Assembly: GCA_010356995.1 (NCBI GenBank)
Contig: ML996687.1
Span: 745,803 to 809,802 of the forward strand
Length of the DNA: 64,000 bases
Reading direction: 5' to 3'
Source: Trichodelitschia bisporula
Taxonomy: Eukaryota
Below are positions 55,308-64,000 of the stretch, piece after piece. The notes below the pieces were generated by a model. The model did not search any database, was not told the DNA's origin, and was given only the letters and a program-made list of their open reading frames with translations. Within the stretch, counting starts at the first letter, position 1. Every line of letters begins with the position of its first letter. The position numbers and the translations under genes are program-made.

Positions 55308-56104
55308 TTTGATCTTGTTTGACATGCGGCCACTTCTGCGCCGCTGGATGTACGACATTTGAAATGGGTGTAACGGATGCTTTTGCCAGGGTTGGCGCCC
55401 GAGCTGTGTGAGATAAGGACATCACCTAGAGATACCGGATGGGACGAACAGGATTGACAGCTTGATGGTGCTGAAGTCATACGGCCGTTTGCGGAAGGGA
55501 AGACGAACACTATCGTATTCACGCATGGATCAGGGTTCATTTTTTCAGGGCCGGGCTCGGGATGCGTTTGTGGTCCTTTTTTTCTTTTTTTTTCTTTGGC
55601 TGAGGGTAGGTTCGCTGCAGTGGTTAGACTTCACTCCGTTTCTCTTCGCTTATCCTCGGTAACTTGTAGAAAGCTTCGGCTGGGACATAGACTTCCTTTT
55701 TCGCTCCTATCCTACCTGTCCTGTTGAGTCTTGGGCCGAACTGTCGCCTTGTTGGCAGCATCTTGACTCCCGGAATATTTTCCCTTTGATGGCCCGTTTC
55801 CTTATGCAGGATATACCCTTGTTCTCGTGCTCGGGCAGTAAATCAACGAAGGGCAGTTTGAAGGTTCTACAGTAGCATGTGGTAGCATGTCAGTGGCTCG
55901 CTAGAGTACTACCTTCTCACTCGATTTGCTGAGGTAAGAGAAAAGTACATCGATGGGTGACAGAATCAGGAGCTGAGGTATCTGTGGGCAGGAATCGTTA
56001 GGGAGCACAGTTGGAGGCGTCAATGATGAGTTTGCTTAATGTATAGGACAACATAGAAGTCATTGATTGACATGCATTGGAATTCTTAGCGACAGCGAGC
56101 TATC

Positions 56105-56614
56105 CTACGCCTGGATATCCCATTTAGACATATCATTGATGCGCCGAGCCGCGACAGGGATGAGCTCCCGCAAGGTCCGTTGAATGATGTGCTGAAGCTC
56201 TTTTATCTGATCCCGCTCTTGACGCTCGATGTTGTTCCTCTCTTCCAGCAACTTGACGAGGATTTTGAGTTCAGTATCGACACGTTTGGTCCTGGGTAAG
56301 TTAGTCAGCCGAAACCAAAGGCTTTGGCCGTGATTATGAGGCTGTCCCAGAAGCCGTACTCGGATTTTTCATAGGCTTCCATGGCCTCCTTGATGCGCTT
56401 GCGCATATCGGCTACGCGTACCAGATGGGTCTGAATTACTTCTGTCTGCTTTTCGATGAGGCGGCTGCGCGACTAAGAATCGTTAATCATGTAGCATGAG
56501 GACAGCAAGGTCGGAAAGACGTGCTGTCTGCAGCATCGTGTTGATGCTTTGAGCAAAAGGGACTTCTTGACTATCGGAACGGGCAAGTGAGGGGGTGTCA
56601 TACGAAGGCGCCAT
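56105..56614 (-). CDS. Small coiled-coil protein (129 aa, 3 exons, first intron GC-AG)
   Basis: Exons 56525-56614, 56360-56472 and 56105-56291 total 390 nt and read through in frame; both introns have branch-point-like motifs (GATTAAC, GACTAAC). Confidence 0.65.
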
Positions 56615-57068
56615 GGTTAGGAATGGCACGAGGAAGTCACAATCCGTTGCAGAGTGAAAGTAAGATGGGCCGAGGTTACTTGACCACAAAAGTGAGGAGG
56701 CGAGTGGTTTGTGAAAATATTTCTCGTATCAGTTGAGGTCGGTTGATGTTGCGGCGGTGCTGACACAAGTTGCGACGGGCGTGCTTTCCTCATTCGCAAG
56801 GCTGAATCACGAGTGGGAAGGAAAAGTCAACGTCATTTTGCCCTGTCAAGGGGCCACTCATTGCTACCGACGCTAGTCTGATCTCAGAGGAGCTGACTGG
56901 ATGAGGAAGCAACGATGGAAGTTGCTATATTGAGTTAGCGACGGTAAGTTCCGCCAACGTGCTCGGAAAAGCTTTGTTCCGCCAAGACTGCAACTCCAAC
57001 ATTTTCTTGGAGACCTCACAACGGCACAACGAGGTCGCAAAGCAGCTAGTACCCCCCCCGCTTTCACG

Positions 57069-58182
57069 ATGGGACTTGCTGGCCCCAAGAAGTAAGGCCC
57101 CGCTGATGTCTCGAGTTACTGCCCCGTGCTGACGTAGATCCGCAGGCGCACTAGAATTTCTCACGACCCGAATAATAACACCTGGTCACGCAGCACCGAC
57201 CGCTTCGGCCACAAAATCCTTACAGCCCAAGGCTGGACGCCCGGTAGCACTCTAGGTGTGCACAATGCCTCACACTCATCACACTACACCTCAGCTAGCG
57301 CATCGCACATCCGCGTCACAATAAAGGACGACAATTTAGGCTTAGGAGCCTCGACTGTAACGAATGCCCACACCTTTGGGCTCGATCTATTCCAAGGTGT
57401 GCTAGGTCGGCTCAATGGCAAGGGTGAGGAGGAACTTGCACAGGATTTGGCGAAACGGAGGGATGCATTGTTGAGGCAGGTTGTTACTAAGAAGATGGGC
57501 AATCTTACCTTCGTCAGTGGAGGATTTTTGGTTGGGGATCGCATTGAGAAGATTGTCGTCAAGAGCCAAGAGAATTCGAAGAAGAGGAAAAGAGATAATA
57601 ATGAGGCTGAAGAAGAGATTACGGATACCCGTGGATCCGACGAGAAATCTGACAACGAATCTGGGAATGAGCTGCCGCGCAAGGAGTCCAGGAAGAGGAA
57701 CGAAAGGGAAAAGAAGGAGAAAAAAACGAAGAAGGCAAAGAGGAAAAGGGAAAGTGGGAAGCACAAAAAGAGGAAGACCGACCGGATCTTGACGGTCACG
57801 AGCACCGCTACATCTGCAGATGAATCCGACGAGGCTTCACCCGGCGACTCCAAGGCTGCGAAGAGAGCACGCAAATCTGAGAAGAAGGCGCAAAGGGAAG
57901 CAAAAAAAGCCGAGAAAGAAAGGCGTCGACAGGAAAGCGCCAAGAGAAAGGTATCCAGGAAGTCCGATAAGGATGTCGAGCACTCGGTGGAATCGGACTC
58001 GACGGCAACTCCTACTCCACCAGTACTTCTGGGACGGAATTTGGTGCGACGACGCTTCATTCAACAGAAGAAGCTGTCGAGCATGGACCAGCAATCACTT
58101 AAGGAGGTAAGGCTCATGCTTTCCGTTGATAGGAATGGCCACTGATTCGGGTCAGATTTTTATGATCAAGGCTCCTACGTAA
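57069..58182 (+). CDS. PXR1: G-patch ribosome biogenesis protein Pxr1/Gno1 (PinX1)
   Basis: MGLAGPKKRTRISHDPNNNTWS..FGHKILTAQGWTPG..LG, KDDNLGLGA, Lys-rich tail, VRRRFIQQKK..EIFMIK; two introns. Confidence 0.92.
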
Positions 58183-60870
58183 GTTGAGCTGAAGTCATAA
58201 CTCATCTCGCTATCCACCACCTTCGGCTGAGTCGTCGCCACGATAGTACCGCGGACCCATCTCTCAATTAGGAGGACTGAAAGGCGCCCATCCGGGTTGA
58301 AGCTCCGAGCGGTGAATGACTTGGCTGGGAATTCGCCTTTGGTGCACTGTTTCTGGCCAATCCAATGCGAACGCGATTAGGGCGTGAAGGTGTCGCATAG
58401 TACCGGAACCGAAATACAATGAAGTCTCCGGGCAACTGTATGCCATATGCCGCGTGGTTCGACAGCAGAGATTTTGCTCCGAATTAGGGGAGGTGGCTAG
58501 CCTTGATGCTTTACGCATGTAGATGCGTCACTGAATAGAAGATCGCCATGGTTTGGTAATTTGGCTGTTTTATGCTGTAATCAATCACAAGTATCTACAA
58601 CTACATTATTTGTAACAAGAGGGTTCGTTATGCTGAACGTGGTTTGTATTCTGTGCTGCGGTGAATGGTGGAACTAGGAGGTCGGAGTAGGGCCGAGAGT
58701 GGGTTTTCTCGAAGGGTGGGTAACGCCACGGAACAGATTCAGATCTCTTCAGCATGCATCAGCATCCTGGCGGTCAAGCCTGGGAGTTCCTTGCAAGGCT
58801 AAGCGCCCAGCGCCCAAGCGGAAAGCAGGTTGCACAGCTTGTGGGTTTGCGCTGTGGGGCGGCGGGCTGAAGACTCCGACCCCCACGGGTCACGGGCAGA
58901 CATGTGGAGCCGAGTGGGCAAAGAGCCCCCTGCCTGTCACTCCATCTAGCTTTTGTGCACAAACAATCAAAATCCCCACTCTTTCAGCCGATCATAACTC
59001 CTTTACTACAGTATGTCCTCTGATGACCGAAGTCCGTAGTTCTTCCTAGCATTCAGCTCCGTTAACTTCATGCACCGTAACGGAGCGCTGCAGCCTGTGA
59101 TGGACGTCTTAGCGCATGTGTGCGTTGAGATAAGATTTACTAGGTGGTGTAGCTAGAGGCGGGCGAGGTTGCGATGAGCATAATCATTGGTAGGCCTCGC
59201 GACAATCCAAGACTGCGTGTCCGAGCTAAGAATAAAGCCGGCTTGCCTGCCTCGCCCACGTCGTCTGTAGTCTGGCTCTCTAAGCGGCGCACATTGCGGG
59301 ACCGAACCAGTAGCGGCCCCGGCCTTTGTGCATCTTTTAGCTGCGGCTTGGGTTAGGCCGGGAGACAGGTGCAATGCGGACTGCAGCAGGCGTGAAGGCG
59401 TGGCACGGCCAGAGATGTGGGCGAGGTGGGGGGGGACAGTGGTAATGGCAGAGCAGGTGGAAGAGAGAAGAAAGGACCAGAAGGTCAGAGTAAGCAACAA
59501 AGTACGGATGTAGCTGTGAAAAGATAGCTGAATTGGCAGAAGGGAAGAGGGGTTTTGGGGGGGGGGGGAGAGGGGAAATTCTTGGCTGCAGGCGGGGAAG
59601 CACGTCTGGGGCTGATTAGCGACGAGATGTGCACTTCAGATTTGCGGGGGAAGAGCCACTCAGCGGCACAAGGAGGACAAGGGCACCCTGGCCTCCGCAT
59701 TTGGACCAACATAGCGGGGCGCGGGGTTGGGATGGTGGTGCGGTGGGACAGACGGATTTTTGGGGTGTGCGCGAGTTGCGAGATGCGACGTAGAGTACTG
59801 TAATCCGTATGCTGCCTGTGGGTTGTGTTTGATGCATGGAGAGTAGAAAGCGGAGAGAGCCTACTTAAAGACCGACGAAGGTTGCCACTCGCAACTGCCC
59901 TCTTCCCTTTCCCCTTCTCTTCTCTCCCTCTCACTCTCTCTCACTCCCTCTGCTCTCTCATCTCGTCTTCTCTTCGCCGTCCGGGTTTTCGAGAAGCGCG
60001 TGTGTGAGAGATCGCAAGGCAGGGCGAGACGAGAAGGGAGAGGATTGTCGGGTTGTTAGCCCTCTCCCGCCTGTTGTATTGTTTTCCCCCTGTCTCTCTT
60101 CTCCCTCCCCTCCCTCTTCCTCTCTCACACGGCCACTCCACCAGTCTCGACCCCTCCCAACCCCGCAGTTTGGCTGACGTACATCACGCCAACCGTTGTG
60201 TACGCAGTACCGTACCGTACAACTCACCGTCGCGCCTCTCTTTCCATCCTAACCTCCCCCCCCCCCTGGCGTTCTTGCCCTCGTCGCTCAAACAAAAAGT
60301 TCCTTTTGGAAGGAACGGCCGACACGCTCCCCGCCTTTGTCTCTCTCTTCTTCTTTCCCCTCTTCTCCTCTCACTCCACATTGCTCCTTATATTTTCTTC
60401 TCCTCAACCTCTCCTCTCGGACCTTCCCCACTACCCGTCCAACCCCCCCGCTACTCTAGGACGAGGAAAAGGAACAAGGGGAAACGAAAAGAGGAAAGAA
60501 GCACACCGCCACCAGCTTCCCTCCATCAATCCTCACTCCCCGCACCAATCCCCACCCCGGTCAATCGCCAATCGTCCCTACCTAATCGTCTCCCCCCAAT
60601 CTCTCTTCGCTGGGTTGGTACTTGCGTCACAACCTTTCCATACAAAAGTCCAGACCTGCTCATCGCTCCTTCCCACCCTCAACCTCCAGCTCTCTTTCCC
60701 CACCAAAGCAGATCTCGTGCTTCTGACACCTCGTACCACCACCACCATCTCCCCCCCACCCCTCAAAAAACCTACCCCACTCCACTTCAAGTCCCCACTG
60801 GTCCATACTCCCGCAAAAGTGTGCAGTGGAACCGCTCAAACGCTCCGGCCTCTCCCACCTTCAACAACCC

Positions 60871-60871
<1 letters not shown>

Positions 60872-60946
<75 letters not shown>
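60872..60946. repeat. 75-nt poly(C) homopolymer
   Basis: Counted directly. Confidence 0.9.
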
Positions 60947-60947
<1 letters not shown>

Positions 60948-61156
60948 CTCCTACCATAAATCGTTACCCCTCCCTAGGTACCACCACCCGTCACCCCGAG
61001 CTCTTCACCTCTCCATATATTTCCACCATCCACGCCTTCGCCTTTACTCACTTCCTCAACTTTCGTCCATACCCTCCCCCCACCCCAGTTCTCACTCACT
61101 CGTCCTTAACCTCTACCAACAAACCCCGCGAAAAGCTCCCCCTCAAGCCCCCCACA

Positions 61157-62095
61157 ATGTCAGCTCCTAATCCCAGTAACGGACGCAGCTCTCCGCCGTC
61201 TTCCGGCACTGGCTCTCGTCGTCGTTCGTCAATCACAGGCCAGTTTGTCGACCTATTCGGCCCCGGCCGTTCCGCAGGCACAGCTCCCACCTCGGCTGGC
61301 CCGCCATTCCCCAGCTCTGCTACTGCTGCAGCTGCCCAGGCTCAGCGTCGGCGCTTGTCGCTCTCGACTGTCGGCCTGGCCGCCGCTTCTCCATCTCAGC
61401 CTTCACCTTCCATCTTCAATCAGGCAGCGCCCTTCGCCACTACCCGCCGTGACAGTTCCTCTTCGACGTCTCCAGGACCCTCAGGTCCCGCGTCAAATGC
61501 CGGCTCCTCCTACTCGCCCGTTGATGAGAACCCATTTGAGGAAGGCGACGCTCCGATACCTTCGACGCCATTTGCGCGCCGCATGAGCTTCGGGGCTCGC
61601 GCCATGCGTGACAACATGCAGCAGCGTAGCTCGACTGGGGCCGTAACGTCGCCTGGTTCTGCTGCTGGGAGAGGTTTGTCCCACTCGCCTCCATCTCCAG
61701 TGTATTCCCCGAGCACGTCCCCACTCCTCGCTCCGCTTTCGTCATCCATCACTTCCTATTTTGCCTTGCCTTTTGACGCTTGCCCTTCGCCACCTCTCAC
61801 TCCGTTCCGAGCTCTCCCACCGCAGGCTAATCCGTTGCGCCGTCGATCAGGCCAAGGTTTCGACTTTGCCGAAAACATGCGCTCCCGTGCCGAGCGCTCG
61901 TCCATGTCTGCCGCGTCCGCCCATGCCGCAGCTGTCTCCGCTGCCTCGGCTCCTAAGCCTTCAACTCCCCCTGCCGTTCACCATCGCGCTAAGAGCGATG
62001 CGGCCATGGAGCGTCCCAAGCCGACCAAGCGGCAGCCTGTCAAGCCAGATGCCTTCCAGGAGCGAATTCTGAAGGGTGACTTCTACATGGATTAA
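61157..62095 (+). CDS. Disordered Ser/Pro-rich fungal protein of unknown function
   Basis: RRRSS, RRRLS, RRDSS and RRMSFGA motifs, C-terminal PDAFQERILKGDFYMD; probable in-frame intron 61674-61850. Confidence 0.75.
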   Translation: MSAPNPSNGRSSPPSSGTGSRRRSSITGQFVDLFGPGRSAGTAPTSAGPPFPSSATAAAAQAQRRRLSLSTVGLAAASPSQPSPSIFNQAAPFATTRRDSSSSTSPGPSGPASNAGSSYSPVDENPFEEGDAPIPSTPFARRMSFGARAMRDNMQQRSSTGAVTSPGSAAGRGLSHSPPSPVYSPSTSPLLAPLSSSITSYFALPFDACPSPPLTPFRALPPQANPLRRRSGQGFDFAENMRSRAERSSMSAASAHAAAVSAASAPKPSTPPAVHHRAKSDAAMERPKPTKRQPVKPDAFQERILKGDFYMD

Positions 62096-62984
62096 GGAGA
62101 TGGGACTTTCTTCCTGGCACCTCGTCGCATGGGATTTGTACCTCGTCTAGGCCGTCCGACTTGTATCCTGCGTTTCAATTCCCTTCCCTTTCGTGTATTT
62201 GACCTACAGCTTTGTCGCGGGGACGAGCCTTGCCAAAAGTCGCCGAAGAGCGACGTGCTTGTATCATATGCTTTGAAGCTTGAGGTAACGCTTCCTCTTT
62301 GTACATGTCCCTCGTTACACTGCGGGCCGAGATGATTTTGTACCACACGGGGGACGTCCCGTCTCTTCATGCGGTGCAGATTATGACGACGCTGCCTCTA
62401 CTTACGATAGGACGGCGATTTGAGGGAATGAAAACAACAGCGAATGGTTTATGTCCAATGTTGATGCCTTCCATGAAGTTGGGGTAGGCGCTCATGGACT
62501 AATGCTGGAGTTGTGGTTGTCATTTTCAGACTGATCTGTATGCTCGAGCATGACGTCGGCATGGAGTGAAAGAAGTCTAGTCTACACCTGTGCGCCCTGG
62601 GTCCGGGTTTCGCGGTTCGCTTTTCTCTTCTGTTGCTTTGTCTTATCTACATCACCTTTGCTTCACTTTGCTTCATATGAGTATATGTTATGATAGTCAC
62701 GGGAACGGTCACATAGGGATGGTGCTTCAGCTTTTGCTGGATTTTGAGGGTCCCCTTGTTTGTCATGAAAGGCCACACTGGACACTATAACAGTTTTAAA
62801 ACCCGTACGCCTGCAATTCATTCCATGTTCGCTACTTCTTCCACTTCATCTATGTTGCTGACTCTGCTCCGACCAAGCTGCTGAGGAAATGAACGGTGTC
62901 AAAGAATCCCAACCACGCTTCTCGGCGTCCCATAGTATGGCCACTTTCGCCGACGACCCTCCTCTGCAGAACGGCCCAGACAGC

Positions 62985-64000
62985 TCAGCTAAAGTCCTCT
63001 GCCGATTCCCGGAGGGTGTCTTCTATTCTTCCAATCATTGTTTCCTGGTGAAGGATTAGTCATTGGGAGAGTAATATAATATTTTTAGACCTACCTTCCA
63101 GTAGTCTAAGGGGCTCAGATTGGCTGATGGTTGTTAGTAAATGCTGTAAGCGAAGAATAAGCTATACGCACCGAATGCGTTGACCTTCTGCTGGTACCTA
63201 GCGGGTGGTTAGCAAGGATGAACAAGATCGTCGTGCAAACACCTACATGTCAGGGTCACCCGCCTCGATCGCTTCCTTCAGTTCTTGGAGCAGTGCGTAC
63301 TCCCGTGTCGTGAGGAAGGTCTTATCGATCTCAGCGTACCGCTGGAATGCCTGGCCGGCGCCGATGATGTCGTTGGTGGCCAGGTGGCAGACTCTCTCAT
63401 CAGCATCGCATCCCGCACTCGAGACGAGGGCCTTACCACCAGCCTTGAATAAGTGATCCTTGACACTGAACCGTAGCAAGTTATTTGCAATATTTGACTT
63501 CGCCACGTCCTCAAACACTGCAATAGCATCGTAGTACTCCTTTGCGATAGCCGACAGCTCCGCATATTTGAGCAAGCTCTTGTTCGCCGTGGCCTCCTGG
63601 TTCTCATCACGGTAAAAAGTGCCTGCCTGCTGGTACGCTGTGCGCGCACGCTCTGTCTCCCCAAGTTCTTCGTACAGCTTCGCCAGCGTCTCAAACTGCG
63701 CCGCCGCCCGCCGCGCATTCTTCCCCTCGCGGAACGCCGCGACCGACGCCTCGAGCACACGCGCTGCCTCTACGGGTGCCGTCTGCCGGTAGCACTTGAA
63801 GGCCTCGTTGAGCGCATTCGCCGCGTCGATGTGCTGCTTGATCTCGGTGCGCACGGCTGCCTCTCGCTCGTACGTCTGCCCCGCTTTCGCGAGGTCTCGG
63901 TCCATCTTGAAGGCATTGGCTGTGTGAGATGGCTCGCGTTAGCATTCAGTCGAGGTTACTCGTAGGTTTCACCGTTGCGGGATCTAGCTGCTTACTCACC
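62985..64000 (-). CDS. SEC17: Alpha-SNAP vesicle-fusion protein, 3' part (runs off the right edge)
   Basis: ANAFKM..AGQTYER, AANALNEAFKCYR, ATANKSLLKYA, NNLLRFSVKDHLFKAG, DKTFLTTREY, acidic C-terminus ..AEDFS*; several micro-exons. Confidence 0.9.

Noticed and set aside
57284..58060. 258-aa Phe/Ser/Leu-rich minus-strand ORF
   Set aside because: Antisense shadow of the Lys/Glu-rich PXR1 coding strand; the same applies to the other antisense ORFs over long genes.
60053..61156. N-terminal ~370 aa of the 680-aa ORF, with a poly-Pro run
   Set aside because: Non-ATG start; the open frame is expected in stop-poor C/T-rich leader DNA; protein-like sequence starts at ATG 61157.

Overview
Gene-dense 64-kb segment of a filamentous ascomycete (Pezizomycotina-type) nuclear genome, with short GT-AG introns and CTAAC/CTGAC branch points. 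It holds about 27 protein-coding genes, mostly housekeeping: taxilin-like (partial), Cym1/PreP, Pol31, Mns1, a SWIM zinc-finger protein, Nth1, a secreted HExxH protein, STEEP1-like, asparagine synthetase, SmD2, NudC, proteasome alpha1, Prp3, Prp4, uS8/Rps22, Arp2, Prp45, AlaRS, Csn4, Tfg2, a Pho85-type cyclin, Pxr1, Sec17 (partial) and several unknowns. Non-coding and decayed elements include two tandem BTB pseudogenes, an AT-rich repeat relic and an intronic H/ACA snoRNA (snR44-like). The best leads are: (i) the RPS22 locus, with a structured three-way-junction 5'UTR intron plus the snoRNA; (ii) adjacent PRP3-PRP4 genes within a spliceosome-enriched ~20-kb stretch; (iii) a 3-exon coiled-coil gene with a GC-AG intron that the ORF track captures only in part; (iv) a probably dual-targeted AlaRS with a Gcn4/CpcA site between its two start codons. 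All calls are by eye; no searches were run.
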